64,000 bases of DNA, from contig CAVSLV010000002.1 of the NCBI GenBank assembly GCA_963728915.1, positions 288,001-352,000 of the forward strand, given 5' to 3'. A program made the translations under genes and the position numbers. This DNA is from an uncultured Gemmatimonadales bacterium (GTDB taxonomy: Bacteria; Gemmatimonadota; Gemmatimonadetes; Gemmatimonadales; GWC2-71-9). Below the pieces are notes generated by a model. It worked only from the letters and a program-made list of their open reading frames with translations. It did not search any database and was not told the origin of the DNA. Below are positions 27,773-37,007 of this stretch, one piece after another (positions within the stretch are counted from its first letter, which is position 1; each line of letters opens with the position of its first letter).

Positions 27773-29755
27773 GTGACCCATCCCTGTCCCCGATGCGAGA
27801 GCCCGGTCCCGGCGGAAGCCTCCTTCTGTCCCGGCTGCGGCGTCTCCACCTCGGCGCCGATCCTCGACGAGACCCTGCTGGGCGCCACCCGGGGCGACGC
27901 CGGCACTCCGAGCTACGAGCTCGCGCCGGAACGGCTCCAGGCGGCCCTGGGACCGAGCTATCAGCTGGGCCGGCTGCTGGGACGCGGCGGCTACGCCGAA
28001 GTGTTCACCGTGCGCGATCTTCGCCTCGAGCGGGAGCTGGCGGTCAAGGTTCTCCGTCCCGATCTCATCCTTTCCGAACAGCTGGTCAGTCGGTTCCGCC
28101 GGGAGGCCCTCGCGGTGGGCGCGGTCCAGAATCCGCACATCGTGCCGGTCTACGACGTGGGGGAGTCGCAGGGCGTGCTCTGGATTCTCATGCCCCTCAT
28201 CCAGGGGGAAACCCTCAAGGGCGTTCTCGCGAGAGAGGGCCGGTTGCCGGTTTCGGAAGTGCGGCGGATTCTGCTCGACGCGGCGAACGGGCTGCACGCC
28301 GCCCACCAGGCCGGCGTGATCCATCGCGACATCAAACCCGAAAACCTCATGATCGAGGGAGCGACCGGGCGGGTGATGCTGATGGATTTCGGGATCGCCA
28401 AGGCGATCGATGCCGGCGGGGATCATTCGCTCACCGGGACCGGCGTGATCATCGGCACCCCGCGCTACATGAGTCCCGAGCAGGCCACCGGCAAGCAGGC
28501 CCTGACCCAGGCGACCGATCAGTACTCGCTGGCCGTGGTGGGATACCAGATGCTCTCGGGCCGGGTGCCGTTCGAGGGAGAAAACGTCCGGGAGGTGATG
28601 ACCAGGCAGCTCTTCGACGAGCCGATCCCGCTCTCCCGGATGCTGCCCGACGTTCCGCCCGAGATCTCCTCCACCATCCATTGCGGGTTACGCAAGGATC
28701 CGGAGCGCCGGTTCGGGTCGATGGACGAATTCGCCCGCGCCCTCCAGGGCGAAGCGGTGACTTCGAAGGATCGCAAGGCGATCCGGAAAGGCTCTGCCAC
28801 TCCCGCGATGCCGAAAGCGGGCCGGGGATGGGCCGCGCTCGCGGTGTGGGCCGTGGTGCTGGGTGGAGGCGTCTACGGCGCCGCCAAGGCCGGGATCTTC
28901 CGCGATCGGGGGACCGCCACCATCGACTCGACCGGGGTGCCGCCCGCGGCGACCCCGGGCCAGGGGCCTGGGGCGGACAACCGCCCGGCCCGTCCGCCGA
29001 TCCGCCCGTCCGCCCGTCCGTCTGGGGCAACCCGCGACACCGCCTCCGCTGGAGCGGTTCCGGTGAGCGCCGCGCCGGCGAGCTGCGATGAAGCGATGCG
29101 GAAGGAAGACTGGACCGCCGCGTTTACCCGCTGCAGTGCGGAAGCCGATTCGAGCAGCGCCGCCCGTCGCAACCTGGGCATCCTCTACGCCGAAGGCAAC
29201 GGAGTGGCCCGGAACGACCGGCTCGCCTCGGTGCATCTCGGGCTCGCGGCCCAGGACCAGCTTCTCCCCGACACCCAGGCCGTCGTCCTGATGGCGGAGC
29301 GCTATGACAGGGGACTGGGAATCGCGGGGGGCCCCGACCGGGAAAAGGGTGCCGGGTTATGGGAAGTGGCCGCCGCGATGGGGGTGGCCAAGGCCTGGCC
29401 CATCATCGCGGCGCGCTACGCCATGGGCGATGGGCGGCGAAAGAACGAAGCGGTGGCCGCCCGATGGTATGAAAAGGCCGCCGCCGGGGGAGACGTCCAC
29501 TCCATGCTCCGGCTGGCGGAGCTGCTGGATCGCGGCCAGGGAGTCAAGAAGGACGAAACCGCGGCGGGCCAATGGTACAGCCGGGCGGCGGAGCTGCGTG
29601 ACCCCGAAGGAGAGTACCAGATTGCGATCCGGCTGCTCACCGGCAAGGGAGGCTTCGTGAAGGACGAGGCCACCGGGATGCAGTGGCTCCATCGCGCCGC
29701 CGAGCACGGTCACAGCGAAGCGATCAAGGAGCTGGCCCGCCGGGGCGGAGGCTGA
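27773..29755 (+). CDS. Second Ser/Thr kinase-TM-Sel1 protein (tandem paralogue)
   Basis: CPRC..CPGC, GRGGYAEV, HRDIKPEN, DFGIAK and GTPRYMSPEQ, plus Sel1 repeats. GTG start inferred. Confidence 0.88.
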   Translation: MTHPCPRCESPVPAEASFCPGCGVSTSAPILDETLLGATRGDAGTPSYELAPERLQAALGPSYQLGRLLGRGGYAEVFTVRDLRLERELAVKVLRPDLILSEQLVSRFRREALAVGAVQNPHIVPVYDVGESQGVLWILMPLIQGETLKGVLAREGRLPVSEVRRILLDAANGLHAAHQAGVIHRDIKPENLMIEGATGRVMLMDFGIAKAIDAGGDHSLTGTGVIIGTPRYMSPEQATGKQALTQATDQYSLAVVGYQMLSGRVPFEGENVREVMTRQLFDEPIPLSRMLPDVPPEISSTIHCGLRKDPERRFGSMDEFARALQGEAVTSKDRKAIRKGSATPAMPKAGRGWAALAVWAVVLGGGVYGAAKAGIFRDRGTATIDSTGVPPAATPGQGPGADNRPARPPIRPSARPSGATRDTASAGAVPVSAAPASCDEAMRKEDWTAAFTRCSAEADSSSAARRNLGILYAEGNGVARNDRLASVHLGLAAQDQLLPDTQAVVLMAERYDRGLGIAGGPDREKGAGLWEVAAAMGVAKAWPIIAARYAMGDGRRKNEAVAARWYEKAAAGGDVHSMLRLAELLDRGQGVKKDETAAGQWYSRAAELRDPEGEYQIAIRLLTGKGGFVKDEATGMQWLHRAAEHGHSEAIKELARRGGG

Positions 29756-30724
29756 CTACTTCACCGTCCAGACCATCGCCCACCCCACCGCAATCCAGGT
29801 GATCTCGCGGATCCGGGTCAGCAGGGCCGCGGCGAGTCCCAGCGCCGGATCGATGCCCAGCAAGTGGAAGATCAGATAGGATCCGCCTTCCCGGGTGCCG
29901 ATCTCGAACGGCACGAAGATCAGCGCATTCACGACCAGCGAGGCAAAGCTCGCCACCACGAGGGCCCGCCAGGGATCCATTCCCAGACCTAACCCGTAGA
30001 GAATCACCCAGTACTCGCCGAGCGTGAGCAACCGGGCGGCCATCTCGGCGGCGAACGCCAGGTAGAACCGGCTCGGCGCGCGGTGGTAGATCTCGGTGAC
30101 GTGCTGGTCGATTTCGTGCAGCGCTTCGGCCTGGGGCTCGAGTCGGGCCGCCAGCCGCTTGAGGAGCGGGAGGCGCTTCAGGAGATGGAGCAGCTGGAGG
30201 GCCATGCCTTCCCGATGGCGGGAGAGGAAGAAGAGCGTGAGCCCCACCATGACGGCCCCGGTCAGCAGAATGGCCGAGTCCGCGAGGAGGCTGTTGGGCA
30301 GGAGAATCGCCGCGGGAATCAGGGCGATGAGCCAGCATACCACATGGACCAGGGAATGCAGCAGGCGGAAGGCGACGATCGAGCCCACCGCGCGACGGCG
30401 TCCGAGCGCCGGGGTCGCGGCCATGACTTTGAGCGGTTCGCCGCCGAAGCTCAGGAAGGGGGTCGAGTAGTTCACCGCGAACGCGATGACCGTCATGCGC
30501 ATGGCGCGCAGAAGGGGGATCGGAGTGCCGCCCGCTGAGGTGAGCTGCCGCCAGGCGATCGAGTTGAGCAGATAGACGGCGGCCCAGAGCGGGATGAGCG
30601 CCACCGCGACCCACCACGAGCCGCTCAGGCCGTCCCAGATGGTGGCCGGCCCGACCTTCCAGATCATCAGGGTGACCACGGCCGCGCCGAGAAGGAGCAG
30701 GCCGAGCCGGAGCTCCCGGCTCAT
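29756..30724 (-). CDS. Lysylphosphatidylglycerol-synthase TM-domain (flippase-like) protein
   Basis: Multi-TM protein with NYSTPFLSFGGEPLK and VPFEIGTREGG. Confidence 0.78.
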   Translation of the reverse strand: MSRELRLGLLLLGAAVVTLMIWKVGPATIWDGLSGSWWVAVALIPLWAAVYLLNSIAWRQLTSAGGTPIPLLRAMRMTVIAFAVNYSTPFLSFGGEPLKVMAATPALGRRRAVGSIVAFRLLHSLVHVVCWLIALIPAAILLPNSLLADSAILLTGAVMVGLTLFFLSRHREGMALQLLHLLKRLPLLKRLAARLEPQAEALHEIDQHVTEIYHRAPSRFYLAFAAEMAARLLTLGEYWVILYGLGLGMDPWRALVVASFASLVVNALIFVPFEIGTREGGSYLIFHLLGIDPALGLAAALLTRIREITWIAVGWAMVWTVK

Positions 30725-30877
30725 TCCGGTGTGCTCAAAGAGTCATTCCGTGTGAGGAGTACGACACAAGCGACCTGCGATAATAACCCCGCCTCACGAT
30801 CCAGCCGAGCCCGAGCGTGAAGATTGCGACACGCCGGGCAATCAACATGCCGCCCGGTGGTTCGTATGTTTAGCACT

Positions 30878-32332
30878 ATGGCCATGGGTCTCCCTCGCCG
30901 GCTCGCGATCATCGCGGCGAGCTTGGCCGTCGGTCTGGTGCTCGTCGCTACCGAGATCTCCCTTTCGCTCTCGGAACGTTCCCGCCTGGAAGATCTTCGA
31001 CTCGAGGCCCTTACGATTTCGTCGGCGCTGGCCGACTATCTCAATCTCGCCGCGCCCAGCGGGGCGCCGGACGAGTATGAAGACGCCCTGGCCGACTGGA
31101 GCGGATTGCGCCTCCGGTCGACCGCGGCGGCCCTGTTCCAGGTCGAGCGAGGCGGAAGCTCGCGCTTCGTCGCCGCCACCGATTCTCTCGAGGAGCGCGT
31201 GCTGTCGGCGGAAGACCGGGAAGCGATCGCCCGGCGCCAGCCGGTCGCCTGGCAGGAGAAAGGCGAACGACCGGCGTGGCACGTGGCCCAGCCGCTCGGC
31301 GGAACCCGGATCAATGGCCTCCTCACCCTCCGGCTTTCGACGGCGCGGCTGCACGAATGGGCAACCGAAGAACGCCGCCGGAGCTATGTGGTCGCCTTCC
31401 TCGCTGCCCTGGTGCTGGCGGGCAGCGTCGCCTGGCTCACCAGCCGTTGGGTGGGCACCCCGCTCCGTGCGGTCGGAGAAGCGATGGCCGGCGCGCGGGC
31501 CGGCGCCCGACTCGGGCCGGCCGCCCCGGAAATCGGGCCTCCCGAGTTCCGCACCCTGGCCCGCCGCTACAACGAGCTGCGGAGCTCTCTGGCGGACCTC
31601 GAGCGGGAGAGCGAAGCGCGAGGAGCGCTGCTCGCACTGGAAGAGCGAGCCCGTGGACTGGAGCGCCTGGCGCTGGTCGAGGAAGCGTCGAGCAGCTTTG
31701 CCCACGAAATTGGAACTCCGCTCAGCACCATGAACGGTCATTTTCAGATGCTTCGAGAAGACTTGAATGTGCTGGGCGCCTCGGAACCCGCCCATCGGGT
31801 CGAGCTGGTGCTGGGACAGGTGGAGCGGGTAACCGGGATCGTCCGGGCCTGGCTGACCCGAAGCTCCTGGCCCAGCCCTGAGGTCGGCTCCATCGACCTC
31901 CGGCAGGCGGTGACCAGGGTGCTGGAGTTCATGGAACCCCCTCTGCTGGCGGCGAATGTTTCGACCAGCGTCGAGGACGATCCGTTGCATCCGACCCATG
32001 CCCGGGGTGATTCCGACCTGCTGGAACAGATCCTCCTCAATCTCTTCAAGAACGCCCTGGATGCGATGCCCGAGGGAGGCGAATTGCGGATCGGCGTCGG
32101 GAAGGAAGGCGCCCATGCGTGGCTGACGGTGCATGACAGCGGACCCGGAATCAGTCAGGAAATCAAGGATCACTTGTTTCATCCGTTCGCTACCTCCAAG
32201 GGACCGTCAGGAACCGGGCTGGGACTCACCGTCAGCCGGCGGCTGGCACGAACGCTTGGGGGAGATCTGGTGCTGGAACCCGGCGGCCAGGGAACCTGCT
32301 GGCGACTCACCCTGCCGCTGGAGCGATCATGA
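30878..32332 (+). CDS. HAMP-containing sensor histidine kinase
   Basis: Two TM helices, H-box FAHEIGTPL, N-box NLFKNALDA, DSGPGI and GTGLGL. Confidence 0.9.
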   Translation: MAMGLPRRLAIIAASLAVGLVLVATEISLSLSERSRLEDLRLEALTISSALADYLNLAAPSGAPDEYEDALADWSGLRLRSTAAALFQVERGGSSRFVAATDSLEERVLSAEDREAIARRQPVAWQEKGERPAWHVAQPLGGTRINGLLTLRLSTARLHEWATEERRRSYVVAFLAALVLAGSVAWLTSRWVGTPLRAVGEAMAGARAGARLGPAAPEIGPPEFRTLARRYNELRSSLADLERESEARGALLALEERARGLERLALVEEASSSFAHEIGTPLSTMNGHFQMLREDLNVLGASEPAHRVELVLGQVERVTGIVRAWLTRSSWPSPEVGSIDLRQAVTRVLEFMEPPLLAANVSTSVEDDPLHPTHARGDSDLLEQILLNLFKNALDAMPEGGELRIGVGKEGAHAWLTVHDSGPGISQEIKDHLFHPFATSKGPSGTGLGLTVSRRLARTLGGDLVLEPGGQGTCWRLTLPLERS

Positions 32333-33711
32333 TCCGGACCGATCCGGTTGGTCGCCTGCTGCTCGTCGACGACGACGAAGAGGCGGGTCGAATGCTGGCC
32401 GAGGCCCTCGGGCGCGAGGGGTATGAAATTCATCGTGCCTTGTCGGTCAAGGATGCGCTGGGCGCCATCGGCCACGCACCGGCGCCGTTCGATGCCGTGC
32501 TCACCGATCTCCGCATGCCGGAAGCGAGCGGTCTTGATCTGGTGCGAGAGGTCCGACGGCGCGACCCGCGGGCACTGGTATTCGTGCTGACGGCATTTGG
32601 TGAGGCGGCAGCGGCGGGTGAGGCGATTCAGGCCGGCGCCTACGATTTCATTTCCAAGCCCTATGACCTTGGCGCTCTGCGCCAGGCGATCCGCCAGGCG
32701 CTCGATCGGCGCAGCCGGGTGGCCGTGCGGCAGGAGGGGCACGACCTGGCGCCTCAGGGGACTCCCATCATCGTGGGGCACAGTCCGGCCATCATCGAGG
32801 TCATGAAGACCGTTGGGCGGGTGTCCCGAAGCCAGGCCACCGTCCTCATTACCGGCGAAACCGGCACCGGGAAGGAGCTGATCGCCCGGGCCATTCACAG
32901 TTATTCCGACCGCAGCGCCAACCGGTTCGTGGCGATCAACTGCTCCGCCCTGGCGGAAGGCGTGCTGGAGAGCGAGCTGTTCGGCCACGTCCGGGGCGCG
33001 TTCACCGGAGCCGCGCTCACCCGGGCGGGGCTGTTCCGGGAGGCGGACCGCGGTACGGTCTTCCTCGATGAGATCGGCGACGTCTCACCGGCTCTGCAGA
33101 CCCGGCTTCTCCGCGTCCTCCAGGAACGGGAAATCACTCCGGTGGGATCGGACACTCCGGTGCGGGTCGACGTGCGGGTGCTCGCGGCGACTCATCAGGA
33201 TCTCGAGTCGCTGGTCAAGCAAGGCCGCTTTCGCGAGGACCTGCTCTACCGGCTGGACGTGGTGCGGATCGAGCTTCCTCCACTTCGAAGCCGGCAACAG
33301 GATATTCCGTTGCTCATCTATCATTTCCTGGGCCGGCTCGCCGCCGAACATGGCCGGGAGCCGATCGCGCTGGACTCTGAGGCCGAGGCGCTTCTGCTCC
33401 AGTATTCCTGGCCGGGAAATATCCGGGAGCTTCAGAACGTGCTGGAGCGTGCCATCGTTCTGGCGGCACAGGGAGTGATCGGCCCCGAGCATCTTCCCGC
33501 GGACTTCGGGGAAACGCCATCCCTCCCGGCCGAGGCCCCTTCGCTTCTTCCACTCTCCGAGGTCGAGAAGCGGCACGTCCTGAGGATCCTGGCCCAATCC
33601 GGGGGGAACCGGGAACACGCTGCGAGGATCCTGGGGATCTCCCGCCGGACACTGGTCCGCATGCTCCAGCGTTGGGGAGCCGCTCCGGACCAATCGGACA
33701 AAGCGCCGTGA
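32329..33711 (+). CDS. Sigma54-dependent NtrC-family response regulator
   Basis: Receiver (LLLVDDD, TDLRMP), GETGTGKE, ESELFGHVRGAFTGA, FLDEIG and a Fis-type HTH. Confidence 0.93.
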   Translation: MIRTDPVGRLLLVDDDEEAGRMLAEALGREGYEIHRALSVKDALGAIGHAPAPFDAVLTDLRMPEASGLDLVREVRRRDPRALVFVLTAFGEAAAAGEAIQAGAYDFISKPYDLGALRQAIRQALDRRSRVAVRQEGHDLAPQGTPIIVGHSPAIIEVMKTVGRVSRSQATVLITGETGTGKELIARAIHSYSDRSANRFVAINCSALAEGVLESELFGHVRGAFTGAALTRAGLFREADRGTVFLDEIGDVSPALQTRLLRVLQEREITPVGSDTPVRVDVRVLAATHQDLESLVKQGRFREDLLYRLDVVRIELPPLRSRQQDIPLLIYHFLGRLAAEHGREPIALDSEAEALLLQYSWPGNIRELQNVLERAIVLAAQGVIGPEHLPADFGETPSLPAEAPSLLPLSEVEKRHVLRILAQSGGNREHAARILGISRRTLVRMLQRWGAAPDQSDKAP

Positions 33712-33742
33712 CAACCTGACCCGGCCGGGTCAGGTTGTCACG
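33707..33742. promoter_or_regulatory. Perfect 36-bp palindrome, candidate upstream activator site
   Basis: CGTGACAACCTGACCCGG|CCGGGTCAGGTTGTCACG with no spacer, about 50 bp upstream of a sigma54 promoter. Confidence 0.6.
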
Positions 33743-33792
33743 ACCGCAGCCGTCTTCCGCTTCCGTTGAGGCGCCGGAAGCACTTTTCCGTG

Positions 33793-33808
33793 AGGCATAC
33801 CGGTTGCT
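33793..33808 (+). promoter_or_regulatory. Sigma54 (-24/-12) promoter
   Basis: AGGCATACCGGTTGCT has GG-N10-GC spacing and is close to the TGGCAC-N5-TTGC consensus. Confidence 0.72.
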
Positions 33809-33894
33809 CTTGGCAAGGTGGCGCCGTCGAGCTCGGCAGCCACGGGCTTCGCCCAGGACCTCTCATGGCTCGATCCAACCGGGAGCAATCGTCT

Positions 33895-34335
33895 ATGCTT
33901 CAGAGAATCTCGTCGCTGGTTTTTGGCCTCGCGATCGTGGGCAGTGCTGTGGCGGCTCAGGGCCAGCCCGCCAAACCCGCTCCAAAGCCGGCCCCACCTC
34001 CTTCCACTCAGCCGGTGAAACCGACCAATCAGGTGGCGATGCACACCGCGACCCACAAGGTGCACGAATCCACGCCCGGCCTGCTCAAGCAGGCCAAGAT
34101 CACTCCGGAAGCCGCTGAACAGACCGCCATGGGCGCCGTGGCAGGCGGAACGGTGTCTTCCCGGATGATCACGAAAGACAAGACGAACCTAGTCTACGTG
34201 TTCAACATCAAGACCAGCGGGAAAGACGGGTACGATCGAGTTACGGTCGATGCGATGACCGGTGCGCTGGGATCCAACACGCACCATTCGGGATCGGCGA
34301 AGAAGCCGCCCGCTTCGCCCAAGAAGCCGAGCTGA
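33895..34335 (+). CDS. Secreted PepSY-domain protein
   Basis: Signal peptide, Pro-rich linker, and AKITPEAAEQTA...LVYVF...VTVDAMTG. Confidence 0.8.
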   Translation: MLQRISSLVFGLAIVGSAVAAQGQPAKPAPKPAPPPSTQPVKPTNQVAMHTATHKVHESTPGLLKQAKITPEAAEQTAMGAVAGGTVSSRMITKDKTNLVYVFNIKTSGKDGYDRVTVDAMTGALGSNTHHSGSAKKPPASPKKPS

Positions 34336-34353
34336 GGAGGCTGGACGGTCTAC

Positions 34354-34824
34354 CTACCGCAGCGCCGCTTCGATTTCGGCCTTGGTCACCGCCCGGGGAA
34401 AGGCGCCCTCCCGTCCTTTCTCGGTGGGAACCTCGATCCCGCTCACCCGGCCGTCCTCCCCGATCCGCACCATCGCCTGAGCGACGCCGCCGTGCTCGCC
34501 CTGGGACACCGTGATCACCAGGACCCAGCGGCCCCGATCGCCCCACTGATTCCTGAGCGCGAACGCCCCGGTCTGGCTGGTGCGGGCAAAGTTGAGGGAA
34601 ACGCTTCGGCGCTGACCGTTGACGATTCCTTCCGCGGTACCGCTCACCGGCAGGGGAAGCGCGGTGCCGTGATGGAAGGCGTGCACCACGAGAAAAGCTC
34701 CCCGGGTTTCCGCGTCGAAGGGGTTGGCGGGCAGTTCGATCGAGATCCAGGGCGGGCCCTTGGCCAGGGCGACCGCGGGCAGGGCGAACGACGTCAGCAG
34801 GGCCAGGATGAGTCGGCGGGACAT
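34354..34824 (-). CDS. Secreted hypothetical protein
   Basis: 156 aa with signal peptide (GPPWISIELPANPFD...). It lies downstream of the ECF cluster. Confidence 0.65.
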   Translation of the reverse strand: MSRRLILALLTSFALPAVALAKGPPWISIELPANPFDAETRGAFLVVHAFHHGTALPLPVSGTAEGIVNGQRRSVSLNFARTSQTGAFALRNQWGDRGRWVLVITVSQGEHGGVAQAMVRIGEDGRVSGIEVPTEKGREGAFPRAVTKAEIEAALR

Positions 34825-34884
34825 AACACGCTCCGGGATGAAGGTACTTCTGGGATGCCGGAACGGGCCGCCCGGTTTGAAGCC

Positions 34885-35760
34885 CTACTCGCCGATGATC
34901 CGGATGCCTCCCTTGAAGGAGCGGATCACCACGTTCGCGCCGCCTCCCCCGTTGCCGAAAAACAGGGGTTTGCCCCGGACCGATTTGGGGAACGGCCCTT
35001 TGGGGGACAGCGCCACCTGCACGACCCCGTCGATCGAATGGAGATCGAACTCCGCGCCGGTATCGTGGGGGAGCCGGAGCTCCACATCCCCGCTGTGGGT
35101 CTGGATGTCGAGGCTGCCGCGACGGTCGAGCCTGCCCTGGTAGACCACCGAGCCGGAAACGGTTTCGATCTGCGCGCTCGACACCCCGGCGCCGAGCAGG
35201 GACACCGGCCCGCCGACGGTCGAAACGGTGAGGTCGCCGGTGGGCTGGGTCAGCTCGACCTGGCCGCCCCCGGTCCTGACCCGGGTGATCTGCGATCCGC
35301 CGGCGAGGGTGACGGCGCCATCCAGGGTTTCCGCGCTCAGGACCCGGAGGCCGCCGGTCACCTTGATGGAGCCCGCCACCGTCACCAGATCCGCCTCCCC
35401 GGAAAGACCCGACGCCTCGATCCATCCTTCGAGAGTCTTGACCCAGACCCGGGCGCCGGCGGGCACCCGGACCTCGAGCTCGCCTAACCCGCTGGCCGGG
35501 ACCTTCTCGTCCCGCTCGATGCCCAGCTTGGCGAGCCGCCCATTGGCTCCGCCGAAGAAACTGGTGCCCGGAGGAGCGAACCCGGTCACCACGATGCTGT
35601 CCCGGTCCCACCCGATGACCCGGGTATTGCCGGCCAGGTTGTTGATCCGGATCGAGGCGTCGGAATCCACCGCGAACCGCCGATCGATCTTCTGCTGCGC
35701 CGTCAGCGGGACAGCGAGGACGGTGAGGACGGTGAGGACGGACCCGGCGAGGCGCTTCAT
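34885..35760 (-). CDS. DUF4097 beta-strand repeat protein
   Basis: Signal peptide followed by repeated T.xG.V strand motifs (TVAGSI, TLDGAV, TVSGSV, THSGDV). Confidence 0.8.
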   Translation of the reverse strand: MKRLAGSVLTVLTVLAVPLTAQQKIDRRFAVDSDASIRINNLAGNTRVIGWDRDSIVVTGFAPPGTSFFGGANGRLAKLGIERDEKVPASGLGELEVRVPAGARVWVKTLEGWIEASGLSGEADLVTVAGSIKVTGGLRVLSAETLDGAVTLAGGSQITRVRTGGGQVELTQPTGDLTVSTVGGPVSLLGAGVSSAQIETVSGSVVYQGRLDRRGSLDIQTHSGDVELRLPHDTGAEFDLHSIDGVVQVALSPKGPFPKSVRGKPLFFGNGGGGANVVIRSFKGGIRIIGE

Positions 35761-36377
35761 GACGCGGGAGCGAGCTCGGTGGCTCGCCGGAGGTAGTCGA
35801 TCTTCTGCCGCCACACCGTCACCAGGACCTGCTCCAACGCCCGATTCCGGGGATCCGCCTGGAGCGCGCGGCGCGACTCGGCCAGCGCGCTGTCGATGAC
35901 CCGGAGGTTTCGTTCGATCACCGCGACCGTGGCGGGGGCCAGCAGACCCTTGGCTCTCGACAACTCGGTGTCCAGGTCGGCGCTGGCCGAGGCATACTGG
36001 GCTTCGAGCTGAGCCATGGAGGCTTCCGGCGCCGGCGCCGCGCCGCCGCTCTGACGAAGCAGCAGGGCGGTCGCCCCCACGGAGACAGCCACCAGCAGAA
36101 TGGCCGCCGCGGCCAGCATCCAGGAAGGCATCCGTACTACCCGGCGTCCGGCGCCTCGCGGCGCGATCCCCATCTTGATTCCCTGCCACACCAGGCGAGG
36201 AGGCTCGATCGACCGGGGCAGTCCGGCCACTTCCGGCAGGCACGGAGCCAGGGACTCGAGGAGCGCGCCGCAGTCCTCGCAGGTGGAAAGGTGCGCCTCA
36301 AATGCGGCCGTCACCTCACTGGACAGTGTCCCGCGCATGTAGCCATCCAGTCGTTCCCGCAGCTCGGCGCAGGTCAT
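35757..36377 (-). CDS. Zinc-finger (zf-HC2) anti-sigma factor
   Basis: MTC...EAHLSTCEDC followed by one TM helix. Confidence 0.85.
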   Translation of the reverse strand: MTCAELRERLDGYMRGTLSSEVTAAFEAHLSTCEDCGALLESLAPCLPEVAGLPRSIEPPRLVWQGIKMGIAPRGAGRRVVRMPSWMLAAAAILLVAVSVGATALLLRQSGGAAPAPEASMAQLEAQYASASADLDTELSRAKGLLAPATVAVIERNLRVIDSALAESRRALQADPRNRALEQVLVTVWRQKIDYLRRATELAPAS

Positions 36378-36889
36378 CGGCTGAGGGCCTCCCGGAGCAA
36401 CCGCCGGGCGCGGAACAGCTGGGCCTTGCAGGTGCCCTCCGCCACCCCGATCATGCGGGCGATTTCCCCGTGCTGATATCCCTCGACATCGTGCAGCACG
36501 AATACGGTGCGCGCTCCTTCCGGTAGACCGGCGATGGCCCGTTCCAGATCGATCCGGATCGGGTCGGGCGCCCAGCGGCCTTGGGTCTCGAGCAGCTCCG
36601 GGCCGTCCGTCGTAACGACCCTTCGCTCCCGGCGACCGCTCGAGCGTCGCTCACCGAGAAATACATTCACGGCGAGCCGGTGAATCCAGCTGGACAGCGC
36701 ACTCTCCCCTCGAAACGATGGCAGTGCTTCCCAGACCCGCACGAACACATCCTGGGTCAGCTCTTCCGCCGCCACCGCTTCGCCGGCCAGCCGGAGGCAG
36801 AGCGCATGCACCCTCCCCGCGTGCTCCCGATAGAGGCTCCCGAAAGCGACCTCATCTCCCCCCTGGGCCTTCCGAACCAGGTCGCTCAC
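36374..36889 (-). CDS. ECF RNA polymerase sigma factor
   Basis: Motifs AEELTQDVFVRVW, SWIHRLAVN, LHDVEGY.H.EIA and GTCKAQLFRAR. Start approximate. Confidence 0.9.
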   Translation of the reverse strand: MSDLVRKAQGGDEVAFGSLYREHAGRVHALCLRLAGEAVAAEELTQDVFVRVWEALPSFRGESALSSWIHRLAVNVFLGERRSSGRRERRVVTTDGPELLETQGRWAPDPIRIDLERAIAGLPEGARTVFVLHDVEGYQHGEIARMIGVAEGTCKAQLFRARRLLREALSR

Positions 36890-37007
36890 GGACGCCCGGC
36901 TCTCCGGGGCGGCCTTGCTGAGGCCCGGGAGCCCGGCGGAGCGTCGATCAAGCGGGGCGAGGACGGCATTGCACACGAGGGTAGGATGCCGGCCGGCCCG
37001 ACCGGGT

